DNA of 32,000 nucleotides from Pyrodictium abyssi (lineage in GTDB: Archaea > Thermoproteota > Thermoprotei_A > Sulfolobales > Pyrodictiaceae): assembly GCF_036323395.1 (NCBI RefSeq), contig NZ_AP028907.1, positions 360,001-392,000 of the forward strand. The letters are read 5' to 3'. Each line of letters starts with the position of its first letter. Positions within the stretch are counted from its first letter, which is position 1. The notes below the pieces were generated by a model, which saw nothing but the letters and a program-made list of their open reading frames with translations, did no database searches and was not told where the DNA came from. This document shows positions 24,301-31,635 of the stretch, piece after piece. A program made the position numbers and the translations under genes.

Positions 24301-25317
24301 GGCAGTGCCGTAGCCGGAGTAGAGACCTATGCGGCTCAGGTAGGAGTTAACGCCACGAAGCCGGAGACCGCGGTCATAGCACTAGACATAACGTGGATAG
24401 ACCATCTAGGCTACCTCCACACAGTGAGAAAGAAAGTTAGCATCCATGTCCCTGTAGCGCCTAGCTTCATAGACATCAGTGTAGAGCCATACGCGGAGCT
24501 CAGAGGCGGCATAGCAAGAGTCAACATAACACTAGCGAATACAGGAGCCACACCCGTGTACAATGTGTACACAGTCCTAGTACCAGCCTCGGCAACCGGG
24601 TATGTAGTATCATCTACTAGGTATCTACCAGTGCTCGGGCCAGGCGAAAAAGCCCAGCTAGCCTACAGGGTAGTGTACAACCCAGCGGGATTCGGGGGAG
24701 TAGAGAGCTACACGTTTACGGGAATACTTACAGTAATCTATGAGGACTCTGCTGGGAATGTGAACGCGTTTAACACGAGCATAGCGTTTATAATGAAACC
24801 GGTCATACTGCTGAGGTTTACACAGCTCGACGCTGAATGGCGTAACGGCACGGTGGTAGTTAAAGGCATAGTGGCCAACGAGGGCGTGGAGCCATCGGAA
24901 GCAGTGAGGGTAGACGTGTACGCTGGTTCTGCGCACAGCTCCTCCTTCATAGGGTCTCTTGACCCCTCAAGCGAGGCGCCGTTCCGCATAGAGCTAGCCC
25001 TAGAGGAGAAACCGGAGAAGGTGCTAGTGAGCCTATGGTATAGCGACAAGTACGGCATAGACTACATGCTCAACAAAACCGTGACCGTGAGAGAGGCGGT
25101 CGTGCTGGCACAGCAGGTTAAGAAGAGCGATGAGGTAGAAGCAAGGCTCCCGCTCGGAGTAGAAGGGGTAAAGAGGCTAGCCATAGTACTGGCATTGGTA
25201 GCAGCAACTCTAGCCTACATGGCCTATAGGAGGTACAAACGCCTCAGCGTAGAGGAACAGCAAGATGTAGACGGCGAAACCAGCTACGACGGTGAACGCT
25301 GGGATGAAGATAAGTGA
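21316..25317 (+). CDS. Giant type-I membrane/surface protein (1333 aa) built of repeated beta-rich modules (COG1361/CARDB/NEW3-like by pattern)
   Basis: N-terminal hydrophobic segment FLTLLALATILVAIPSA. C-terminal TM LAIVLALVAATLAYMAY followed by an acidic tail. Motifs YPG(E/T)xxAPL and (A/K)PGxY recur about every 120-130 aa. I counted 19 N-x-S/T sequons in the translation. An alternative ATG is at 21292. Confidence 0.8.
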   Translation: MTGSATPLPRLYTASTSIQDSETASWGWRKIRFLTLLALATILVAIPSAELALAGAKPPPQALLLITSFTGPQGTPPFPGENGTLRIEWLYQGFFVADRVYAVVELPEGFSPNRFSALLGAAAPGDVLVLERLVTVSENLPPSTYTGRATLYILVGNSLYIYNYTIELEVAKCPAGLSFRTQLTPFSYPGSNNVKLEITMENNGPGEIRNASLSLLLPEGWLPEDNITWTIDLLGANESNTHTVTGVYLPPWLEPGVYDASLSLSYYCVVDNSTRYFNYTMMVPIRVDPPKPLHVEPLVLGWRKGVAYPGEVSAPLDIVLVNQEPYTIVGLEAVLALPEGMRVAGTESSVYRVVYDNLAAGYGDSVSMNLRVDVDSSLAPGLYNASLQLKFIVNLQGATTVLPLNLSIGLPVAGPEQLGVRTVYAGWADGYAYPGEVSAPLRIAVQSLEDATVTAATLTLELPVGIASRGQNTVTIALDGLAARYGDMIEFTTQLDIAGTLKPGSYTANATIVFILADEDGNKRVKYTRLPVRLDVDPPHAENITILSSRWSTWITGSEAYTATVAVDISYWGRGRVRYIVAEVEPLQGATLRAGTRSVTVVERVDLGPGDIASLQIPGIRVSSNTSQVALALRVTAVVTSPGGGVYNVTATRTITLKPLLEQPLGLGYVEVSTAHLVPSSSSVEITVGIVNTAPEPITILSAEPGNTPGIHAWLTGGDCLTAGAEPGSSCSIRLAVNVSRTARPGVYTIPIDIWYSYRGAAGTVVTGRQTIHVPLAVEPVEAYAPRLTLARAFWATAPGANPIHVYPGTDAAPLQLEVYNPGRYPVSGVIARIRPLDSGVEVVRQPQPCSSIAPGSSCTVTAYLRIAPDTAPGLYKVAVEISYIFTQFNAHAAVSITEEAVLEIDDPDEAIYVVDMSWASTPKPGTRTALLIARVYPDPSRASRIHSVVLELPPGLFNPQNGGSRIVAVPQNSLQYPPQPAAEQQGITALLSEVGSAVAGVETYAAQVGVNATKPETAVIALDITWIDHLGYLHTVRKKVSIHVPVAPSFIDISVEPYAELRGGIARVNITLANTGATPVYNVYTVLVPASATGYVVSSTRYLPVLGPGEKAQLAYRVVYNPAGFGGVESYTFTGILTVIYEDSAGNVNAFNTSIAFIMKPVILLRFTQLDAEWRNGTVVVKGIVANEGVEPSEAVRVDVYAGSAHSSSFIGSLDPSSEAPFRIELALEEKPEKVLVSLWYSDKYGIDYMLNKTVTVREAVVLAQQVKKSDEVEARLPLGVEGVKRLAIVLALVAATLAYMAYRRYKRLSVEEQQDVDGETSYDGERWDEDK
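22192..22941 (+). repeat. Two adjacent paralogous modules of about 125 aa each inside the giant protein (22192-22566 and 22567-22941)
   Basis: GWRKGVAYPGEVSAPLDIVLVN...LAAGYGD...LAPGLYNASL aligns with GWADGYAYPGEVSAPLRIAVQS...LAARYGD...LKPGSYTANA. The similarity is at protein level, and the DNA has diverged. Confidence 0.7.
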
Positions 25318-26524
25318 GCTAGTGGACATGGTTGTTTTCGCGTTAAGGGCGCTACAGGAGCGTAAGGCAAGGAGCCTACTCACGATAATAGGCATATCGA
25401 TAGGTCCGATAGCCCTCATAGCCATAATGGGCGTCGTCCAGGGCTACTCCGGCTACGTGATAAAACAGCTTGAAGGCCTGGGGCAGAACCTGATAGTACT
25501 CGTGCCCGGAGCCGACTATAGGATGACAGAACGCGACCTAGAGTTCCTCAAGAGTCTACACGGTGTAGAGGCGGTCACACCATTCTACAGCATACGCGCC
25601 AAGGTGAAGCAGGGCGCGCAGAGCGTGGAGGCAGCCATATACGCTGTAGACATGGAGATATTCTTCAAGGCGTTGGGTAAGCTCCGTGTAGAGGAGGGAG
25701 GCATACCGCCCCCGGGCGAGCCTATCGCGGCGGTGATAGGCCACTACATAGCGTGTGACGAGAAAGGTAACCGCTACTATGGGGTCGGCGACGTCCTGAC
25801 AATAAGCTACTTCGAGATAAAGCATGGAGGCAGGCTAGTAGAGAGGAGAGTAAACGTCGTGGTACGCGGTGTTCTCGCCGAGTTTGGTAACGCGTTCTTC
25901 GTAAACCCGGATACGACGGTGTTCCTCCCCCTTAGTGCGGGCAAACGGCTCCTGGGCATGCAGGAGTGGAGCGGCGTCATAGTGGTCGCAGAGGACCCGG
26001 TCTACGTGGAGAACCTTACGAGACTCCTCCGGGAGGTCTACCAGGACCGTGTGGGTGTCATATCACTCGTAGAGATATCGCATGTAGTCGCCACAATCAC
26101 TGCTGCAATGGAGTTTGTGACCCTGGCTGCAGGAGGCGCAGCGTTCGTTGTCGCTGTGACTGGTGTGGCCGCTACCATGATAACATCTGTCATGGAGCGT
26201 ACCCGGGAGATAGGTGTGCTCAAGGCCCTGGGGTTCACGAGCAGCGAGGTAGTAGCCATGGTGCTAATAGAGGCTCTTATCATGAGCCTTCTAGGGGCGG
26301 CTCTCGGCATAGGTGTCGGCGTAGTGGCAGCCTATGCGCTGTCCGGTAAGGGTATGGTGATAAAGGGCATACACACCATAGTGATCAAGGCTGAGCCGGC
26401 CATAACGCCAGAGCTAATAGGGCTAGTGCTGCTCATGACAATTGTCGTTGGTGTGGTGGGAGGCGCTATACCCGCCTATAAGGCGGCAAGAATACCGCCA
26501 GCAGTAGCGCTACGCTACGAATAA
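25304..26524 (+). CDS. ABC transporter permease, MacB/FtsX family
   Basis: N-terminal TM (LLTIIGISIGPIALIAIMGV), an extracytoplasmic domain of about 230 aa, then three C-terminal TMs with REIGVLKALGF (the FtsX signature). The ATG at 25304 overlaps the giant gene by 14 nt; a GTG at 25292 is also possible. Confidence 0.85.
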   Translation: MKISELVDMVVFALRALQERKARSLLTIIGISIGPIALIAIMGVVQGYSGYVIKQLEGLGQNLIVLVPGADYRMTERDLEFLKSLHGVEAVTPFYSIRAKVKQGAQSVEAAIYAVDMEIFFKALGKLRVEEGGIPPPGEPIAAVIGHYIACDEKGNRYYGVGDVLTISYFEIKHGGRLVERRVNVVVRGVLAEFGNAFFVNPDTTVFLPLSAGKRLLGMQEWSGVIVVAEDPVYVENLTRLLREVYQDRVGVISLVEISHVVATITAAMEFVTLAAGGAAFVVAVTGVAATMITSVMERTREIGVLKALGFTSSEVVAMVLIEALIMSLLGAALGIGVGVVAAYALSGKGMVIKGIHTIVIKAEPAITPELIGLVLLMTIVVGVVGGAIPAYKAARIPPAVALRYE

Positions 26525-26690
26525 ACATTCATGATGAATGCTGGATATGAGTACCGGAAACAGTGGCGCCATCCCGCTCCTAGCTCTCACGACGTTACAC
26601 CGTGGCGAGTCACCACTTTATAGGAAGCTCTGTTCTAGTACGGGTATTGGCACTGCTAGGCTCATCTAGAATGGAAGGGAGAACTTCCGG

Positions 26691-27017
26691 GTGGCCCCGT
26701 ACATGAGCAGGGAGTATCGGGGACGCAGGATAGTCGTATGGCCGGTCTACATTGACTCTACAGCATCGCGCGGAGAAGGGCGGAAGATTCCCCTCCGTGA
26801 CGCGGTGAGAAAGCCCAGGGTCGAGGAGATAGTTGAAGCGGCCAGGAGGCTAGGTCTGAACCCCGAGGTCGAGGAGGCCAGATATCCACGCAGCTGGTGG
26901 GAGAACACTAGACGCGTCATAGTGGACAAGATGGGGTCTAAACTATCAACACTAAAGGCTCTGGCGGCGGAGCTGCGGAAACTCCGGGAGGAGAAGCGTA
27001 GGCTCCGCCAAGCCTAG
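26691..27017 (+). CDS. srp19: Signal recognition particle protein SRP19
   Basis: RRIVVWPVYIDSTASRGEGRKIPLRDAV...PRVEEIVEAARRLGLNP...ARYPRSWW matches archaeal SRP19. Start is GTG 26691 or ATG 26703. Confidence 0.85.
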   Translation: MAPYMSREYRGRRIVVWPVYIDSTASRGEGRKIPLRDAVRKPRVEEIVEAARRLGLNPEVEEARYPRSWWENTRRVIVDKMGSKLSTLKALAAELRKLREEKRRLRQA

Positions 27018-27099
27018 GCGGTGCATGCTCACGGCGTGCCCCGCTACTGGAGCTTCGCACGGCCTCTCGGGCGGCCACGTGGCGGCACGGTGAGAGGTC

Positions 27100-27477
27100 A
27101 TGACTGCTCACATACCGCCGATAAGTGTAAGCCCTTACAGACTACTCGTTGCCCTATCGATAACGCTGATAGTGAATATACCGTTTGGCTACTGGCGTGC
27201 CTACGCCAAGAGGAATAGACGGAGGTTTGAATGGTTCCTGGCTGTCCACGCGCCGGTGCCGCTAATAGCAGTACTGAGGAAATGGAGCGTCGTATCGTTA
27301 TCAATAGAGCATATTGCTGTGATAGCGCTGTTTGTGGTAATGTACTTTATCGGGCAGCGTCTGGGCGGCAAGATACATGTTAGACTAGCCTCAAGTGGAT
27401 GCATCGAGGCTGGGCGGAATCTAGTGCAGGACATACTCCGAGTCTACCGCGTAGCGTCTTCCTGCAAGATACAGTAA
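27100..27477 (+). CDS. Small integral membrane protein (125 aa, about 3 TM), unknown function
   Basis: ATG start with hydrophobic segments LLVALSITLIVNIPFGYW, WFLAVHAPVPLIAVL and IAVIALFVVMYFIG. No motif recognised. Confidence 0.5.
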   Translation: MTAHIPPISVSPYRLLVALSITLIVNIPFGYWRAYAKRNRRRFEWFLAVHAPVPLIAVLRKWSVVSLSIEHIAVIALFVVMYFIGQRLGGKIHVRLASSGCIEAGRNLVQDILRVYRVASSCKIQ

Positions 27478-27569
27478 ACCAGGACAACAAGGGGCAGCGG
27501 GTTGCAGCGCCGCCCCGCAGGACTTTCAGGATACTCTGCATAACCCTAGACGAAACGAGGCGGGCCATT

Positions 27570-28964
27570 CTAGCCCTCTGCTGCGTCGTTGCTGTAGAGG
27601 GCCCCGATTATCGAGCTTACTGGCAGTGTAACGTGCCGGCTAGGCGCGGAGTAGCGTAGCTTTAGCGTCTTGATGTCTATGTATAGTGGGTCGTTTATCC
27701 TCCGCGGGGCTATATAGAATATTGCATCGTATATATCATACAATGGGTATGTGTTCACAAGCTCCCTGAGCGTCGCGGAGTACACGTAAACCCCTGTTAT
27801 CCCGTGTATTCTGCGATGCTGTATATTGTTAAAATGCTCTCTTATCCCTACATCCATCTCGCCAGAGAGCCAGAAGGCCTGCTTAATACCGTCCACCACT
27901 ACAACGTCGGGCATAACCCTGAGGTCTTCCTCGATACTGTGCATCGCAAGCTTGGTGGCAGAGTATATTGTGGGATTAACGCTGCTTATTCTAGCAACCT
28001 CTACTGAGGGGTTGGAACAACCAAGCCTCCTTAGTACCCACCTTACCTCGTCCGGCGACCTGCTAAAGCTCCTATACAGTACTTTGACCGGCGGATCAGC
28101 CTCAGTATTACAGGCTAGGCCTAAGAGTATCGTGAGTGGATCGAGCGCGGGGTGTATCGATACGAGGATCTGCGAGCCACGGGGCAGCGAAACAGAGTAG
28201 CTCATGTTTGCCACGCTGAGCTTAAAGCGTAGTACCTCGCTTGGGGCGGGTATATTCGATATCTTCGGCGGAGTTCTAACGGCTATAACCTTGCCCGGCA
28301 CTATCGCGTAAGTGAGTCTTGCAAGGGTGGCGCCATGTCCCCGCATCTTGAGTATCTCCATCGTCCTTATTATCTTGTCGCCGCTAAAGCCTGTCTTGAG
28401 CATAATGAGACCGTCTACAACGAACTCTTCTATCCCGTAGCCAAGCCTCGAGCTGCCGACGGGCAGCTCTGCCGTGAGGACCGTAGTTACTTCGCGCCTC
28501 TTAACGTGGTGGATGAACAAGCTATGTAGGAGTTCTCTCGCCCTCTGGTCGCTGCCGAGCACCCGCAGAATAGAGGTTATGGTGTCCACTGCCAGCCTCT
28601 TAGCACCTATAGCGTCTATGGTGGAGAGAAGGCTCTCAAGTGTCGCAGTAGCGGCTTCCTCGTCGTTTATATTGAGAGCCTCCAGAAACATGAACTTGCC
28701 TTGCTTCTCGTAAGCCTCGAAGTCGAGCCCGAGCTGGCTCATGTTTTCGAGGAATTCTTCCCGGTACTCGTTGAAGCTAAGATATATCCCGGGCTCGCCT
28801 CTAGCGAGGCCCTCGTAGATGAATCGTGCGGCGAAGCTCGTTTTGCCGCTCCCAGGGCTGCCTGCGACGAGTATTATGCTCCCCCGCCTTACGCCGCCGC
28901 CTAGGATATCGTCGAGCCCCTCTATGCCTAGAGGCACCAGCTTATCATCGTATGTAGTAGTCAT
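27570..28964 (-). CDS. KaiC-like / RecA-superfamily ATPase with an intact N-terminal domain and a degenerate second domain
   Basis: GIEGLDDILGGGVRRGSIILVAGSPGSGKTSFAARF (Walker A) and EVTTVLTAE, IMLK...ILKMRG are typical of KaiC/RadA paralogs. Residues about 240-464 contain no GxxxxGK[ST]. Confidence 0.8.
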   Translation of the reverse strand: MTTTYDDKLVPLGIEGLDDILGGGVRRGSIILVAGSPGSGKTSFAARFIYEGLARGEPGIYLSFNEYREEFLENMSQLGLDFEAYEKQGKFMFLEALNINDEEAATATLESLLSTIDAIGAKRLAVDTITSILRVLGSDQRARELLHSLFIHHVKRREVTTVLTAELPVGSSRLGYGIEEFVVDGLIMLKTGFSGDKIIRTMEILKMRGHGATLARLTYAIVPGKVIAVRTPPKISNIPAPSEVLRFKLSVANMSYSVSLPRGSQILVSIHPALDPLTILLGLACNTEADPPVKVLYRSFSRSPDEVRWVLRRLGCSNPSVEVARISSVNPTIYSATKLAMHSIEEDLRVMPDVVVVDGIKQAFWLSGEMDVGIREHFNNIQHRRIHGITGVYVYSATLRELVNTYPLYDIYDAIFYIAPRRINDPLYIDIKTLKLRYSAPSRHVTLPVSSIIGALYSNDAAEG

Positions 28965-29006
28965 GTTATAGGCCTCTCCTGCCTCCTATAGACGCGGATA
29001 CTAGTC

Positions 29007-29013
29007 TTTTAAA
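29007..29013 (-). promoter_or_regulatory. TATA-like box (TTTAAAA on the minus strand) upstream of the KaiC-like gene
   Basis: The minus strand reads GGCTTTAAAAGAC, 43 nt upstream of the ATG at 28964, followed by GGAGGCAGGAGAGG. It sits in the 87-nt gap after the pyrC stop. Confidence 0.4.
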
Positions 29014-29051
29014 GCCTCTGGAGTGTGAAGAACCAGGCAAGAGCGGTGCAG

Positions 29052-30344
29052 CTACGAGCTGACCTCCTCACGGTGGAGCCTCTGGTGGGCTCCTTCACGC
29101 CAGCTAAAGGGGTTTACAGCCCCCGTCTTGCCCGTCAAAACCCCCTCGTGATACACCACAACGCCGCCAACTATAGTGGCTAGTACCTCCATGCACCTCC
29201 TCTCCATGAAGTAGGGTATGTGCCTGGCCTTGCTCAGCTCCGGTGCCAGAACCCTGCCGGAGCCAGGGCGGAATACTGTAAGGTTTGCGCGAGCCCCGGT
29301 CTCGAGTACGCCGTAGCCGCTGAGCCCTAGTATACGTGCAGGGCCACGGCTAACCAGCCAGAGGTACTTGCTGAGCCCTAGGGCTCCTGCCTCTACCAGG
29401 CAGTAGAGCATCTGCGGCCATGCCTCCAGCCACGGTATGCCGGGCCTGCAGGTGAGAGGCTCAGACTTCTCCCAGACAGCGTGCGGCGCGTGATCACTAG
29501 CAAATGCGTCCACCATGCCTTCGAGAAGCCTCTCAAGCAGCAGCATGGAGTGGTGCGCGTCCCTCAGCGGAGGGTTGACACGGAACAGGCAGTCCTCGTC
29601 CCACTCCTGTAGCAGTAGGTGGTGGGGCGTAACGTCGACGGTGAATCCCGCTAAGCGGGCGCGCTCTAGAGCCGAGGGGCAGGACACGTGTGTTATGTGT
29701 ACCCTGGCTCTCGGCTGCAGCGAGGCGACTAGCTCTACAGCTGCAGTCTCCCAGTGGCAGCCACGGTGCATAGTACGCGAGCTATTGCTCTCCACGAGCG
29801 GCTTCTCGGCTTCGGGTAGCTCAGGGTGCACTACTATCAGCGTGTCGCTAGAATCGAGCACGGCCCGGACTATGTCGAAGCGGTCGAGCAGGTCGCTAGG
29901 GTACACCTTGAACCCGGCTATAGGCATCGAGGCCAGCCTAGAGGCCTCCTCTAGTGAGCCTGGTATCCCAGCGTACACCGAGTAGTCGACCAGGCTGCGC
30001 CTCTCAAGGGCCTGCAGCTTCTCGCTGAGGGTCTTAGCTGTAGAGAGACGGGGCACTGTATTGGGCATGTCGGCCACCATTGTTATGCCGCTAGCAGCGG
30101 CAGCAGCGGTACCACTATGCTCGTCCTCCTTGTAGCTGAGCCCTAGCCCTCTCAAGTGCACGTGAAGGTCTATGAAGCCAGGCGCTACGTAGACGCCCTG
30201 GCCCTGGTAGTCGAGCAGGTTCACGGCACTCGGCGGCCTACCAGTTATACCGACTATAACCCCATCCTCAACTACAACGCAGCCCTCCCCGTGGACACCC
30301 CGGTAGTCCACCAGGGTCCCACACACTACGGTCTCTGCCCGCAT
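29052..30344 (-). CDS. pyrC: Dihydroorotase
   Basis: PGFIDLHVHLRGLG, ITMVADMPNT and ASDHAPH motifs; 430 aa. ATG at 30344 overlaps the pyrK stop by 19 nt. Confidence 0.9.
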   Translation of the reverse strand: MRAETVVCGTLVDYRGVHGEGCVVVEDGVIVGITGRPPSAVNLLDYQGQGVYVAPGFIDLHVHLRGLGLSYKEDEHSGTAAAAASGITMVADMPNTVPRLSTAKTLSEKLQALERRSLVDYSVYAGIPGSLEEASRLASMPIAGFKVYPSDLLDRFDIVRAVLDSSDTLIVVHPELPEAEKPLVESNSSRTMHRGCHWETAAVELVASLQPRARVHITHVSCPSALERARLAGFTVDVTPHHLLLQEWDEDCLFRVNPPLRDAHHSMLLLERLLEGMVDAFASDHAPHAVWEKSEPLTCRPGIPWLEAWPQMLYCLVEAGALGLSKYLWLVSRGPARILGLSGYGVLETGARANLTVFRPGSGRVLAPELSKARHIPYFMERRCMEVLATIVGGVVVYHEGVLTGKTGAVNPFSWREGAHQRLHREEVSS

Positions 30345-31132
30345 TCCGCTTCAACCCAGCAGCCGAGCATAGAGCCAGGGAACACCGGGCCCTCGCGGCA
30401 CAGTAGACTAGAGGTACATGGCAGCATGCATGACCCGCAGAACCCCATACCGCAGCGTACGAGGGTCTCAAGGCTCGCGTAGAACCGGTCCAGCAGCCCC
30501 TGGTCCCCGGCGAGCTTGTAGAGCGTGCAGAGCATGGCAGGCGGCCCGGCGGCCACAATGGCGTCGAAGCCCGTCAAGTCTATAGTGCTGAGGGCGTCGA
30601 CGACCGTCCCCTTGACGCCCCTGCTACCATCGTCAGTCGCAACCACGAGCTTAACGCCTTCGAGGCCATCCAGGTACATCTCTATGGGAGCTAGCTCGCT
30701 AACCGTACGCGCGCCATAGACTAGCGTGACCCGGGCACCGCTCCTACTAGCCCACCCGGCAAGGGGTACAAGCGAGGCTATGCCAGTACCGCCGCCCACG
30801 AGCAGCACGGCCCCTGCTTTTGGCTTAAAGCCCCGCCCCATGGGGCCTATGATGCCCGCCCTTGCCGGGGGCTGCTCTACTATCATGCGCGTGGTAGAGC
30901 CCCGCAGCCTCACAAGGAAGTCAATACGATCCTTTGACGAGTATATCGGTGCCAGCGGTATAGCCTCGGCACCCGGGACCCAGAACATGGCGAACTGTGT
31001 CGGCTCGAACTCGGGCAAGACGCATGTCTGCGGCCTGTAGGAGAGGAGTATGGCTCCCCTGCCACGCCATAGAACACGGTCCAGCCGAAGGCTGCAGTAG
31101 CTGTAGCCCCGCCTCTCTGTAGCGGGTGCCAT
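30326..31132 (-). CDS. pyrK: Dihydroorotate dehydrogenase electron-transfer subunit (FAD/[2Fe-2S])
   Basis: Ferredoxin-reductase-like fold (GGTGIASLVPL) and the C-terminal cluster motif RCGMGFCGSCMLPC...LCREGPVF. Confidence 0.85.
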   Translation of the reverse strand: MAPATERRGYSYCSLRLDRVLWRGRGAILLSYRPQTCVLPEFEPTQFAMFWVPGAEAIPLAPIYSSKDRIDFLVRLRGSTTRMIVEQPPARAGIIGPMGRGFKPKAGAVLLVGGGTGIASLVPLAGWASRSGARVTLVYGARTVSELAPIEMYLDGLEGVKLVVATDDGSRGVKGTVVDALSTIDLTGFDAIVAAGPPAMLCTLYKLAGDQGLLDRFYASLETLVRCGMGFCGSCMLPCTSSLLCREGPVFPGSMLGCWVEAECGQRP

Positions 31133-31133
31133 G

Positions 31134-31628
31134 CTATCTCCTCTCTTCGCCTGCCTCCTCGAGCTGTTCTAGTACGTCCTCTTCATCGATTATGGTGCCG
31201 CAGTATGTGCACTGGAGCTGTAGCGGCCGCTCGGCTAGTATCCTAAAGCGTGGCCGTAGAGGCTCCCTGGGCTTACGCGTTATGCAGGTTGGGTTTGTGC
31301 AGGCTACTATTCCCTCGATCACGCTGGGTAGTTTGACCCGCTTCTTCTCTATAACCTGGTAGCCCTTCACGATATTTATGGTTGCCGATGGCGCTATCAG
31401 TGCTATCCGGTTGACCTCCTCGCTGCTGAGATGACGCCCCTCTACCTTCACTATGTCCTTGCGCCCGAGCCGGCGGCTCTCAACGTTCATTACTACGGCG
31501 ACGCGTAGGCCCTCGCGCCCCGTTATCCCTAGTATCCTCAGTACAGCTAGCGCCCGGCCAGCAGGTATGTGGTCTATGACTGTTCCCTCTCTTATCCGGC
31601 GTACCAGTAGCCCCTCGGAGGGAGTCAT
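31134..31628 (-). CDS. pyrI: Aspartate carbamoyltransferase regulatory chain
   Basis: LLVRRIREGTVIDHIPAG...KDIVKVEG and the Zn domain CTNPTCIT...CTYCG. The ATG at 31628 lies 7 nt after the pyrB stop. The ORF-track start at 31736 would overlap pyrB. Confidence 0.9.
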   Translation of the reverse strand: MTPSEGLLVRRIREGTVIDHIPAGRALAVLRILGITGREGLRVAVVMNVESRRLGRKDIVKVEGRHLSSEEVNRIALIAPSATINIVKGYQVIEKKRVKLPSVIEGIVACTNPTCITRKPREPLRPRFRILAERPLQLQCTYCGTIIDEEDVLEQLEEAGEERR

Positions 31629-31635
31629 TGCGCGG

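Noticed and set aside
26526-26540. Perfect 15-nt palindrome CATTCATgATGAATG right after the FtsX permease stop; it also contains ATGATGA (C-box-like)
   Set aside because: A 7-bp-arm palindrome is expected about twice by chance in 32 kb (32000/4^7). With a 1-nt centre it cannot form a stable RNA hairpin, and no D box (CTGA) follows. There is not enough support for a terminator or sRNA call.
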